A model generated the notes under the pieces. The model worked only from the letters and a program-made list of their open reading frames with translations. It was not told the DNA's origin and did no database searches. A stretch of 30,217 nt of DNA, from positions 1 through 30,217 of IMG/VR virus record IMGVR_UViG_3300025759_000446; one strand, given 5' to 3'. Shown here piece by piece: positions 9,786-18,648 of the stretch. Positions within the stretch are counted from its first letter, which is position 1; each line of letters starts with the position of its first letter. Origin of the DNA: a virus. Lineage: Duplodnaviria; Caudoviricetes. The position numbers and the translations under genes are program-made.

Positions 9786-12280
9786 TAAATCCTTCTTGAA
9801 CGTGCATGGTAATAACCTTCAATCTCAGCATCAGCTATATACACTGGTAAATGAGAATTGCTTTTTATATCCATGACAAATTCTGTGTTTCTACATTGCA
9901 CTGGAACTCTTAATGTTCCTGAACTAATAGCAGGTTGTCCTACAATAGAAGAAGACGTACCTATAACATAACCATTCATTATAGTTGTAGACTTGTCTCT
10001 ATTGTTAGGTGTTACTTCTACTTGAAAGAAACCACTATTCTCAAAGTTAAATGAGATGTTTCTAATCTGGTATCTTCCTGAAGTTACTGCTACCAATCCT
10101 CTGCCAGTATTTTCTCTGACATATTGTGTAGACAATCTGTAAACAGAAGAATATGGTACACCTATAAATAAGGAAGTATGATTTCCTGATATAGTATATG
10201 TAGAGCCTGTTGTATTTGTGGCTGTATAATTAGCACCATTTGTTCTATCTACTGCTATTAATCCTGTTCTTGCTCCATACGGTGACGTAAATGTAGTTAA
10301 GTTTGTTGCACTGTCATACGTACCTGTAACTGAAGTTTTTAAATCTAAATACACACCATGTCCTAATGTTGTGTCTTTTAAATTTCTTAAATCTATTTTA
10401 AATAATTTTGTATTTGTTCCTTCTGCCGCCATTACATATAAAAAACTTTCTAATGACATAGCACCTAATATCTTAACACCACTAAATTCCCATTTAGCCC
10501 ACGCTGTTTGTACTTTCTCACCTCTGTCAAAAAAGTATTTGTATATAAACATTGTGTCTGCATTAGTAGGAGCTACGGCTGTACCTGATGTATATGGTGC
10601 AGTCTGTGAGTCTGCTGTGTCAGACGTTAATACAACTAACGTATCTTCTGTAGTATTACTAACAATTTGAAAAGCATTAGTTGGTATAAGACTTTGTACT
10701 GAAACTGTAATATCTAATCCATCATTTGTTAATGTATCATCATCTGCAAAGTATTCTCTTATAGCAGTGTTGTTGTTTCTAGCTTGTGCAAAGTATGCAA
10801 ACTTACCTGCTGATACAGGTTGTACTGAATCATCATGTTCAAATGAAGATACTTCATTAAGTATAGCTGTAGTAGGCGATATAGTATCTCCTGCACTATC
10901 TAGTTTGTATTGTGCTGTATCAGAAAATAAAAGTAAAGACTCATTAAATCCTACAGAATTTTTAAGCGTGTTTACTTGTGTTCCTGATGCCGCAATATCA
11001 ATAGGGTCAGTATCTAAAACTTGTGTTGTTGTAGTTTGAAAGTAATTAAAGAAACTAGCATTTTCTGTTAATACTAAATTTTCACCAGACATAATACCTA
11101 ATCTATTTTTGTAAAATGTAAGGTTATTTATTTTCTTACCTACAAAACTAGGGTCAGCATTTGTGTCACTATCTCCACATGTTCTATCTGTCCAATCTAA
11201 TTCTTTAAATGTAAACGTACCATTATTGTTATTTATTAATGCGTGTGGCATTGTAGAATTATCTAAACCTACAGATGTTGCAGGTGCAATAGTTTCGTTC
11301 CATACACCATTACCTTGAAACGCAACATAATAATCAGACAAAGTATCACCTTCATCACCTGTTACTTTTAATATAACTCCTAATTTACCATAATAAGGTA
11401 AGTCACTAAAATCTTGTATTGTATCTCTTATAGCATACATAGCTGTGTTACCAGAACCATCTGCTGTACTTACAGTATAGTTTGAGTTACCGTCAGTAGG
11501 TTTTCCGTATATAACTGAGTCATAACTTTCAAATGTAAAATGAGAAGTAAAACCAGAATAATTAGCTAAACCTTGTGTTGTAGATTGTGTTGCATTATTA
11601 TCTGTTCTTACTACTTTAAATCCTATACCGTTAGCCGCACTATCCCAGTGTGTACTAGACGTACCATATAATAATATATCTTTAATTTTGTTTGTATCTC
11701 TAAACTTACTATCAGTAGAAGCATCATTACCTGTAGGTAATTGAAACTGTACCTCTAACTCTTGTGCCATGTTAGGGTGTTTTAATGCTACTTTATATTC
11801 TCTACCGTAATTTGTTAATTTAACATTTATTAAAAACTCTTCTACTTTAGCCGCAGTGTTTGTAGAGTCTGCCGCTACAGTTGTAGCTGTGTTTGCAATA
11901 AATGTATAGTCTGCAATGTTTACTAATTTAAAATTTTGTTTTGGATTTGTAGAAGTAAGATAACTTGAACCACTTTGTACTGTTACAGTTTTTTCATTAC
12001 CTGCTAAATCCCATACTTTTACACCACCATTATAAAAAGCTACAATGTATTGATTACTTTCATCTCTTTGTATAGACCAGAATTTTGTTGTATTAGGATA
12101 TAAATTAGTATTATCTAAAGTTGCTATATAATCAAGCGGTGGTCTTTTTGACAAACCATCTACAATATTATTAGCAAAATTAACTTGGTCTTGACCTTGA
12201 TTTATTCCTCTTTGTGTAGGTGTCTGTTGAGACATACCATTAAGGAAATTAGGTATAGACTGAGATACCACACCACCCAT
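9785..12280 (-). CDS. gp12: Tail tubular protein B (nozzle)
   Basis: 831 aa; SQSIPN..NG.SQQ, GL.KRPP, MPHAL, PSFVG..I, F.KNRL, Q.AW..W motifs. Confidence 0.95.
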   Translation of the reverse strand: MGGVVSQSIPNFLNGMSQQTPTQRGINQGQDQVNFANNIVDGLSKRPPLDYIATLDNTNLYPNTTKFWSIQRDESNQYIVAFYNGGVKVWDLAGNEKTVTVQSGSSYLTSTNPKQNFKLVNIADYTFIANTATTVAADSTNTAAKVEEFLINVKLTNYGREYKVALKHPNMAQELEVQFQLPTGNDASTDSKFRDTNKIKDILLYGTSSTHWDSAANGIGFKVVRTDNNATQSTTQGLANYSGFTSHFTFESYDSVIYGKPTDGNSNYTVSTADGSGNTAMYAIRDTIQDFSDLPYYGKLGVILKVTGDEGDTLSDYYVAFQGNGVWNETIAPATSVGLDNSTMPHALINNNNGTFTFKELDWTDRTCGDSDTNADPSFVGKKINNLTFYKNRLGIMSGENLVLTENASFFNYFQTTTTQVLDTDPIDIAASGTQVNTLKNSVGFNESLLLFSDTAQYKLDSAGDTISPTTAILNEVSSFEHDDSVQPVSAGKFAYFAQARNNNTAIREYFADDDTLTNDGLDITVSVQSLIPTNAFQIVSNTTEDTLVVLTSDTADSQTAPYTSGTAVAPTNADTMFIYKYFFDRGEKVQTAWAKWEFSGVKILGAMSLESFLYVMAAEGTNTKLFKIDLRNLKDTTLGHGVYLDLKTSVTGTYDSATNLTTFTSPYGARTGLIAVDRTNGANYTATNTTGSTYTISGNHTSLFIGVPYSSVYRLSTQYVRENTGRGLVAVTSGRYQIRNISFNFENSGFFQVEVTPNNRDKSTTIMNGYVIGTSSSIVGQPAISSGTLRVPVQCRNTEFVMDIKSNSHLPVYIADAEIEGYYHARSRRI

Positions 12281-12888
12281 TAGTAAGTCCTTCTAGTTGT
12301 TCTATGAATTATTGAAAACGTATTAGAATCACCATTCAAAATATTTGTATCAGATTCTTGTGCTTCTGATTGTGTAAAATTAACTAATGCTTCATTTTCA
12401 TCTTGAGCTGTTAATTGTGTAAGCTGTGAATCACCAATAAATCTAGCCGCAAATCTTCTAGCCGCTTTTACTGTAATGTATCGTCTTGCGTATTCTGGGA
12501 GATGCTCAAATTGTTGGACTAGAACTATGTCCACTGAGTTAGGAACACTTGTAAATACATCAGTATCTTTTTCCATATCGTATAGAAAACCATTTCTGAT
12601 TGTAAGATTTATGTGTCTAATAGATTTGTTTGCGTCTACCTTCACACAGTTTGATGGTAAAGGTATTTTGTTATCACTATCTAAAGATAATGATTTATAT
12701 TCGTAGTTTGTATTAAAATTCCACCCTTGTGATTGTACTGACATTGATGTTTCGTCAAGAATATTTTTAGCGACAGATACATCTACAGTTGTTGTACCTG
12801 TGATTGAGTTTACAGGAGCTTCTCCTATAACGCTCAACATGGTATTAACTGCTTGTAACTCAGTAGTTGGTGTAATTTGTGTAGCCAT
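12280..12888 (-). CDS. gp11: Tail tubular protein A (adaptor)
   Basis: TELQAVN.ML..IGE.PV, QSQGW.FN, F..LP...R.YI..AA motifs. Confidence 0.95.
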   Translation of the reverse strand: MATQITPTTELQAVNTMLSVIGEAPVNSITGTTTVDVSVAKNILDETSMSVQSQGWNFNTNYEYKSLSLDSDNKIPLPSNCVKVDANKSIRHINLTIRNGFLYDMEKDTDVFTSVPNSVDIVLVQQFEHLPEYARRYITVKAARRFAARFIGDSQLTQLTAQDENEALVNFTQSEAQESDTNILNGDSNTFSIIHRTTRRTY

Positions 12889-12983
12889 TATATTATGATT
12901 GCTATTAATAATACAATAACTGCAACAGCTATTGCTTTCTTATGTTCTTCCCAAAAGTGTGGTAAATGTTCTTTTAATTTCAT
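12888..12983 (-). CDS. 31-aa single-pass membrane peptide
   Basis: Hand translation MKLKEHLPHFWEEHKKAIAVAVIVLLIAIII*; AAGGGA RBS; TAATG coupling to gp11. Not in the ORF track. Confidence 0.65.
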   Translation of the reverse strand: MKLKEHLPHFWEEHKKAIAVAVIVLLIAIII

Positions 12984-13009
12984 ATTTATTCCCTTCTATT
13001 TTAAAATAG

Positions 13010-13031
13010 AAAAGGGGGAAATTAATCCCCC
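13010..13031 (-). terminator. Intrinsic terminator after capsid gene (T-phi equivalent)
   Basis: Minus strand GGGGGA-TTAATT-TCCCCC followed by TTTTCTATTTT. Confidence 0.85.
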
Positions 13032-13056
13032 TAATCTAAAAAGTATAAAGAAACTA

Positions 13057-14034
13057 TTACGCTTCTTTAATACCTACAGCCGCTTCTGGTCTTAATACAC
13101 CATGTCCCATAGCATATTTAGCAACCATTAACGTACCTTGTCTTCTGATGTCGTACTCTTTTTCAACACCTAAGTCCATAAGTTTAACTGTACCTACAGC
13201 ACTTGGGTGAGAAACTAAAGCAACGTAGTTAGTCAGGTTGACAGCTTGTGGAGTTGAACCACCTGCTGTAGCCGAACCTGCGTCTACGCCTGAACTTACG
13301 TTAGAAGCCACAAAGTGAGGAACTGGTACTAATTCAATTCCTGCAACTTTAACGACTTTACCTTCAGCGATTGAACCTCTACCACTGAAATCAACATTCA
13401 CTGCATTTGTAGCGTTTGCTAATTTGTAGTATTCTTCCAATCTCATAAAGCATTTTCTGCCTTCTGAAGGAACGTAGTTAGCGTCTAATTGTTTTGCCGC
13501 ACCAAATAGTGCATCAATCATTGCGTTAGCCGCAGTAGCGTCTGTTGCAGATGCGATACCAGTATTAGTGATAGTTGCTCCTGCTCCATATCCACTGTCA
13601 GATACGTTAGCTGATGCTAATGATGCTTGACCGATTGTTTGTAAGATATGCTTATCTTTTGTAAAAGCTAATGCTCTTCCAATTTCTTGTGAGTAAGCAC
13701 TTCTTACGTCCCAATGGTTTTTTGCCTCTTCAATATTTGATAAGAATACTGATGAGATTAAAAGGTCATTAATTGTAATAACCTTTTCGTTGTGATTTAC
13801 GTCTGAGCCAGTAATTTCTGCTCCTGCTGTGTGGTAAGACGCACCAACTCTACCCATTACTGGGAAAGTTGCTGATTTTCCTGATGAGATACTTCTCACC
13901 ATGTCTGCACCTTCTGTTTTTGAAGCTCTTTCAAAAGAAGTTAATACTTCTCCTGCGAATACTTTTAGAAACAGAGCGTCTTCCGAACCACCTGCATTTA
14001 CTCTACCGACTGAGACTGGACTTGCGTTTGCCAT
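13057..14034 (-). CDS. gp10: Major capsid protein
   Basis: ALFLKVF.GEVLT.F, R.ISSGKSA.FPV.G, DVRS.YS.E.G.ALA, KYAMGHG.LRPE motifs; AAGGAG RBS. Confidence 0.97.
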   Translation of the reverse strand: MANASPVSVGRVNAGGSEDALFLKVFAGEVLTSFERASKTEGADMVRSISSGKSATFPVMGRVGASYHTAGAEITGSDVNHNEKVITINDLLISSVFLSNIEEAKNHWDVRSAYSQEIGRALAFTKDKHILQTIGQASLASANVSDSGYGAGATITNTGIASATDATAANAMIDALFGAAKQLDANYVPSEGRKCFMRLEEYYKLANATNAVNVDFSGRGSIAEGKVVKVAGIELVPVPHFVASNVSSGVDAGSATAGGSTPQAVNLTNYVALVSHPSAVGTVKLMDLGVEKEYDIRRQGTLMVAKYAMGHGVLRPEAAVGIKEA

Positions 14035-14092
14035 ATTTGTCTCCTTTTTTGTGATTATGACGTTTATTTATAAAAGCCTCTTCAATTCAGTT

Positions 14093-14177
14093 ATTTAGTC
14101 AAGATTGTCTACCGCAGTAGGTCAAGTTATTTGGCTAAATTGTTTTGGCAGTTGCCACACATAAGTGTTGCACAACT
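14093..14177 (-). promoter_or_regulatory. Structured RNA element (two stem-loops) in the capsid leader
   Basis: AGTTG..ACAC-TTAT-GTGT..CAACT, then ATTTAGCCAA...TTG..CTAC-TGCG-GTAG.CAA..TTGACTAAAT with a C(UGCG)G tetraloop. Confidence 0.6.
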
Positions 14178-14180
14178 ATA

Positions 14181-14420
14181 TTACCTACAATTCCATTTAC
14201 GTAAAGCTAATGCCTTTCTTGTAGGTTTACCATTTTTAGACATTGCTCCTTTTACTCCACTCATTCTCGCACAAAAGCTCTTTTTTCTGCCTTCTGCTTT
14301 AGAACCTTTTTTAGGACTACCTGTTACAGGTGCTTTTAGGTTCATTCCTTGAGAATTGTAATACCTTCGTCCTGCGGCGTTTAAACCACCTGAAGGATTC
14401 TGGTATCTTTTAGCAACCAT
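14181..14420 (-). CDS. Small basic hypothetical protein (79 aa)
   Basis: GGLN..GR..YN...NLKAP...RKKSFCARM.G...ALRKWNC; Lys/Arg-rich. Confidence 0.8.
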   Translation of the reverse strand: MVAKRYQNPSGGLNAAGRRYYNSQGMNLKAPVTGSPKKGSKAEGRKKSFCARMSGVKGAMSKNGKPTRKALALRKWNCR

Positions 14421-14422
14421 GA

Positions 14423-14572
14423 CTACCTTTTCTTAGCTGTCTTAGCCGCTCTTTTAAATTGCTTAGCAGTAGGTGCACCTTTAGCTCCTACTTTTCGCAT
14501 CTTCTCGCCACTACCTGCGGCGATTCTTTTACGCTTAGCATGAATGTTAGCGTATAATCCACGTTTTGCCAT
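14423..14572 (-). CDS. Small basic hypothetical protein (49 aa)
   Basis: Hand translation MAKRGLYANIHAKRKRIAAGSGEKMRKVGAKGAPTAKQFKRAAKTAKKR*; 2-nt gaps to both neighbours. Not in the ORF track. Confidence 0.75.
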   Translation of the reverse strand: MAKRGLYANIHAKRKRIAAGSGEKMRKVGAKGAPTAKQFKRAAKTAKKR

Positions 14573-14574
14573 AA

Positions 14575-14685
14575 TTATTTTCTTTTTTTAGATTTCATTA
14601 TTTTTGATTTTAAAGCGGCAGGTAATTTTTTTTGACCACCTTTTAACGCTTTACTTGGTTTTTTACTTTTACTTTTTCCGTACAT
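14575..14685 (-). CDS. Small lysine-rich hypothetical protein (36 aa)
   Basis: Hand translation MYGKSKSKKPSKALKGGQKKLPAALKSKIMKSKKRK*; strong AAGGAG RBS. Not in the ORF track. Confidence 0.7.
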   Translation of the reverse strand: MYGKSKSKKPSKALKGGQKKLPAALKSKIMKSKKRK

Positions 14686-14697
14686 AGTTTTCTCCTT

Positions 14698-14714
14698 ATT
14701 AATATGGGTACTTT
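14698..14714 (-). promoter_or_regulatory. Putative phage RNAP promoter (phi10 equivalent, variant 3' end)
   Basis: AAAGTACCCATATTAAT starting at the scaffold stop codon. Confidence 0.65.
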
Positions 14715-15487
14715 TATATTTCTGAGTTTGCAATTTTAGCTTTTACCGCCGCTTGATAAGCAGGGTCTTTAGAATATCTAGGGTCAGCCATTGCTTCAGT
14801 TACTTCAGCCCAAGATGAATAACCTTGTTCTGCAACTGGCGTAGCTTTACCTTGTACTAAATTTGGTTCAGAACCATTAGCCGCTTGATATTTAGCTCGT
14901 AAACCATCTACTGCTAATTTTACTGTGTCCATGTCTGCACTGTTTACTGCCGCATTGTATGCTTTCTTTTCACCATCAGACATATTTTGTGAAGCCCATG
15001 TTGCCATTTCACTATATGCTTTTTCACCACCTACCATGCTTTTTACATTGTTAGTTTGTTGTTCACCTATAGCTTTTTGTCCTGCAATAAATTGGTCAAC
15101 GTATGCTTTTGGAATACCTGACTCTTCTAATGCTTTGTATGACTCTTCACCTAATTGACCTTTTTCTGCGTACTCTTGTGCTAAATTATCAAAATTTAAT
15201 CCTGCATTTTCTACAGCATTTTCAGCTATTTCTAAAGTATTTTCTTGTTTTGTTTCTTCTACTTTAGACTCTTCGCCTTTTAATGTTGTTGCATTTACAG
15301 GGTCAACTTCTGGTTTTGTTTGAGATTGTTCACCAAGTTTCTTTTCAAGCTCAGAATAACTTTTAGCCATTTCTTCTACTGACTTAAATTTTTCTGGTAA
15401 GCCTTCAACACTTTGTGTGGACTGTTTCTCTTCTACTGGCTTTTCGCTAGTAGTCTCTGCTTCTTTTATTTCTACTGTGTCTACCAT
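14714..15487 (-). CDS. gp9: Capsid assembly scaffolding protein
   Basis: Acidic; LPEKFKS.E..AKSY.ELEKK, VGG...Y.....WA, AM.DPRY..D.AY...V..K motifs. Confidence 0.92.
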   Translation of the reverse strand: MVDTVEIKEAETTSEKPVEEKQSTQSVEGLPEKFKSVEEMAKSYSELEKKLGEQSQTKPEVDPVNATTLKGEESKVEETKQENTLEIAENAVENAGLNFDNLAQEYAEKGQLGEESYKALEESGIPKAYVDQFIAGQKAIGEQQTNNVKSMVGGEKAYSEMATWASQNMSDGEKKAYNAAVNSADMDTVKLAVDGLRAKYQAANGSEPNLVQGKATPVAEQGYSSWAEVTEAMADPRYSKDPAYQAAVKAKIANSEI

Positions 15488-15500
15488 TATGTTTCCTTAA

Positions 15501-17060
15501 CTATTGTTGTTTAGATAAATTGTTTGCAACTGGTGCTACAGCTTTTTCAGCCATATTCATCATTTGCTCGTTTTGCATTTGCTCTTCTTGAGCCGCCTGT
15601 TCCTGTGCTAATTGTTCTTGTGATTTAATTAATCCATCTGTATCAATACCTAAACCAGTAGCAATACGTTTAATTAAATCATCAGGGTTTAATGATTGAA
15701 CAACCGCAGGATTTATTTGAGCTAAGTTACCTATCTCAGCTACAAATTCTCTTAATTTTTGTAAATCATTTCCTCTACCTAGAGCTTCAATACCTGTAAT
15801 AATTGTAGGATTTACTGAGCCTTTTGGTAAAGAAGGTATTTCATTTGCTTGTTCCATTCTTTTCATTAGTATAGATACTAACGGAAGTTGAAACTCTTGT
15901 GATAATAAAGAATACACACCACCCATAGCAGTTTCTAATTGTTCTGCCATGTATCTAATCTCTTGTGCTGTAACTCTTTCAGCTTGTCTTTGTATAGCTG
16001 TGTGTAATAAGAAAGCAAATGATAATCTTTCTTCTAATTTTTGTATACTTCTTTCTACAACTTGTAAGTCATATTGTTTTTGTGCTTGTAAGACAGTTAC
16101 ATCTTCAGCACTACCAGTAATAATGTCACCATTTCTACTTAATGATAAATCTTTTTTTCTTGTTACTGCATTAGGTCTTACTAAAAATACTACTTTACTA
16201 GAAGCCGCCGCAGATTCTACTAATGCTTGAGACAATCCTTCTAAGCTCTTAAGGTCTCCCAAGAACTCCTCAACGTAGCCTCTTCCATAGTCCTCATTGT
16301 CAACTCTAATCATTCTTAGAGCTTGGTATGGTAATCTATCTTTTTTAAATGTACCTACACTAGATGGTATTTTAACACCATTAGCTTCTTGACAAACATA
16401 GAACTCATCATTTGGTAATTTATAAACATGTGTATATAATTCTACTTCTTCATCTTTTTTATAATTAGGGTCAGTCATTACTTGTGCGGCAACATCTTTA
16501 TCTAATGCCATCACACTCATTTTTTCTTGAACAATAATTTCACATACATTACCTGAACTATCTCTTTGACATACATATTGAGTTAATGGAAATACTCTCA
16601 TGCTACCTTTTTTAGGTAAATAAGTAAGTACATTACCTGCAACAATTAAATGTTTTAATGCTTCAAATACAGATACTCTTAATGCTAATTGTTCTATTTT
16701 ATTAGTTACTTCTCTTTCAATAGTAGCTAAAGATTTTTCTACTTCTGACTTTAATTCTGCTCTTTGTTGTAAATCTTCTTTTGCTTTACCTGCAATAGAT
16801 AATCTAAAAAAAGGTGAGTTTGGGGGAAGTAATAATAGTAATAATTTAGAAGCTAAATTGTTGACACCCCTAGCTCCTACTGATTGGAAGGGGTTATATA
16901 AATCTGATGAATCTGTAAATCCATCAGGCTGTATTAGAGACGGAATAGTAATTTCAGAACACTCTTCTGCTCTATCTAAAAAATGTTCTCTATGTTGTTT
17001 TAATTTTGAATAACGCTGTCTTGCTGTTCCTTGTGTAAAATTGTTATCCATGTATTCCAT
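15501..17060 (-). CDS. gp8: Portal (head-tail connector)
   Basis: QSVGARGVNNLASKL, EDYGRG.VEE..GDL.SLE, ERVTA.EIR, TG.EALGRG.DL motifs. Confidence 0.97.
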   Translation of the reverse strand: MEYMDNNFTQGTARQRYSKLKQHREHFLDRAEECSEITIPSLIQPDGFTDSSDLYNPFQSVGARGVNNLASKLLLLLLPPNSPFFRLSIAGKAKEDLQQRAELKSEVEKSLATIEREVTNKIEQLALRVSVFEALKHLIVAGNVLTYLPKKGSMRVFPLTQYVCQRDSSGNVCEIIVQEKMSVMALDKDVAAQVMTDPNYKKDEEVELYTHVYKLPNDEFYVCQEANGVKIPSSVGTFKKDRLPYQALRMIRVDNEDYGRGYVEEFLGDLKSLEGLSQALVESAAASSKVVFLVRPNAVTRKKDLSLSRNGDIITGSAEDVTVLQAQKQYDLQVVERSIQKLEERLSFAFLLHTAIQRQAERVTAQEIRYMAEQLETAMGGVYSLLSQEFQLPLVSILMKRMEQANEIPSLPKGSVNPTIITGIEALGRGNDLQKLREFVAEIGNLAQINPAVVQSLNPDDLIKRIATGLGIDTDGLIKSQEQLAQEQAAQEEQMQNEQMMNMAEKAVAPVANNLSKQQ

Positions 17061-17063
17061 TTA

Positions 17064-17285
17064 TTAAGAAATATTTAAGCCAGAACCAGTTGCTACGTTT
17101 ACACCTGAAGTAGTTTGTAATGAGCTTGTTCCTGATTTTTTAACTTTTTTCTTTTTCTTTGCAATATCTTGCTCGTCTGCTGTTACCAACTGTGGTGATA
17201 ATTCTTCACCTACTGTCTGTGATGTGTTCACAGGCATTGGCGGAGCAGGTTGTGGAGCAGGTACTTTTGGTCTGCTAGTGCACAT
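17064..17285 (-). CDS. Small virion protein, gp6.7-like
   Basis: MC..PK. start, Pro-rich then basic, immediately upstream of portal as in T7. Confidence 0.65.
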   Translation of the reverse strand: MCTSRPKVPAPQPAPPMPVNTSQTVGEELSPQLVTADEQDIAKKKKKVKKSGTSSLQTTSGVNVATGSGLNIS

Positions 17286-17287
17286 AT

Positions 17288-17461
17288 TTATTTCTCCGTT
17301 CTCTCTTTTAAGTTATTGATAAATTTTACAACATCACGTTGTCCTGCTTTAAAGTAGATAGTTTTAGTATCGTCTTTTAACTCAGGTGATTTTTCAGGAA
17401 ACACTTTATTAAGTAATTTCACTAAATCATCTACGTTTGTGGGTAATGTTAAATCTTCCAT
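17288..17461 (-). CDS. Hypothetical protein (57 aa), gp6.5 positional equivalent
   Basis: Hand translation MEDLTLPTNVDDLVKLLNKVFPEKSPELKDDTKTIYFKAGQRDVVKFINNLKERTEK*; fills the gap. Not in the ORF track. Confidence 0.7.
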   Translation of the reverse strand: MEDLTLPTNVDDLVKLLNKVFPEKSPELKDDTKTIYFKAGQRDVVKFINNLKERTEK

Positions 17462-17464
17462 TCG

Positions 17465-17481
17465 TCTAAAAAGGGAACTTT
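17465..17481 (-). promoter_or_regulatory. Putative phage RNAP promoter (phi6.5 equivalent)
   Basis: AAAGTTCCCTTTTTAGA at the boundary between metabolic and structural modules. Confidence 0.75.
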
Positions 17482-18430
17482 ACTTCCACAAGTCTCCTGT
17501 TACTGTACCTTTATTGTACTCTGTTGCTCTGTTTTCAAAGAAATTAGCATGTTCTACACCATTTAATACCCAATCTAACCACCCTAAAGGGTTATGTTTT
17601 ACACCATAATTAGGTTTTAATGACAGTTGTAGCAGTCTTCTGTCTGCTATATATCTGATATATTGTTTAACTTCTTCAGGATTTAATCCTCTTATACCAC
17701 CCATGCTAAAGGCTAAATCAATAAACTTATCTTCTAAATCTACCATATCTCTAGCTGTTTGGTATATGCTCTTCTTAAATTTTTCTGTCCAAATATTAGG
17801 GTTTTCTTTTATTAACGCATGAAATAATTTAATCATGCTTTCAACATGGTGAGTCTCATCTCTAATACTCCATGTTACTATCTGACACATACCCTTCATT
17901 CTGCCGTATCTTTGAAAGTTAAGTAGCATCACAAATGAAGCAAACAACTGTAAGCCTTCACCAAATGCAGAGAAACAAGCTATCTCTCTAGCTAATGCTT
18001 CTAGTCCTTTACCTTTACTTTCAAATAAATAATTATGTTTGTCTGACATTTCTTTGTATTCTTGAAATGCTTTGTATTCTTTATCAGGTAAACCTATAGT
18101 ATCATTAAGTAATGAGTAACTATGTGCGTGATTAGCTTCACTTGTAGCAAATGAAGACAACATCATTCTTACTTCTGGTGGTTTAAATTTAGGTATGTAT
18201 TTATCTAAGTACGCTTGAGCTATATCTACATCACCTTGTGTAAAGAATTTAAGTATCTGTGATATTAGATTCTTTTCTTCTGCTGTAAGTCTTTCGTTCC
18301 AGTCTCTTACATCTTCATGCAATGGTACTTCACTAGGTAGCCAGTGCATTTTTTGTTGCATGTCATAGGCTTCAAAAGCCCACTCATAATCAAATGGTTT
18401 GTAGTGTATACGTTCCTTAAATAAACTCAT
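17480..18430 (-). CDS. nrdB: Ribonucleotide reductase class I beta subunit
   Basis: W.P.EV....D, FFTQGD, EANH..SY (radical Tyr), EG..LF.SF, RDETHH, NFFE.R.TEY. Confidence 0.96.
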   Translation of the reverse strand: MSLFKERIHYKPFDYEWAFEAYDMQQKMHWLPSEVPLHEDVRDWNERLTAEEKNLISQILKFFTQGDVDIAQAYLDKYIPKFKPPEVRMMLSSFATSEANHAHSYSLLNDTIGLPDKEYKAFQEYKEMSDKHNYLFESKGKGLEALAREIACFSAFGEGLQLFASFVMLLNFQRYGRMKGMCQIVTWSIRDETHHVESMIKLFHALIKENPNIWTEKFKKSIYQTARDMVDLEDKFIDLAFSMGGIRGLNPEEVKQYIRYIADRRLLQLSLKPNYGVKHNPLGWLDWVLNGVEHANFFENRATEYNKGTVTGDLWK

Positions 18431-18648
18431 AGTTTGTTTTTTAACTCCTTTAAATATTTTTCATCTTCTACTGCTTGTTCGTTTTCGTATACTGGTGTAT
18501 CTGGTTTAGGAGCATCTTCAAACAATTCAAGATGTGGGTCTTTCTCCTTTTTCTTTTTCTTCTTACCAAATATAGCGTTCCAGTTTTCTCTAAATTTATC
18601 TGATGGTATGTGAACACCATCTCTTATTTTATAATCTTTAAAGCCCAT
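18427..18648 (-). CDS. Hypothetical protein (73 aa)
   Basis: GAAGGAG RBS; ATGA overlap with nrdB; ENW..IFGKKKKKK segment. Confidence 0.65.
   Translation of the reverse strand: MGFKDYKIRDGVHIPSDKFRENWNAIFGKKKKKKEKDPHLELFEDAPKPDTPVYENEQAVEDEKYLKELKNKL

Noticed and set aside
13035-13100. T7-style capsid 10B frameshift or readthrough extension
   Set aside because: No slippery run near the end; tandem TAA TAG stops and a terminator follow within about 25 nt.
14035-14180. tRNA in the capsid leader
   Set aside because: No cloverleaf, T-loop consensus or CCA end.
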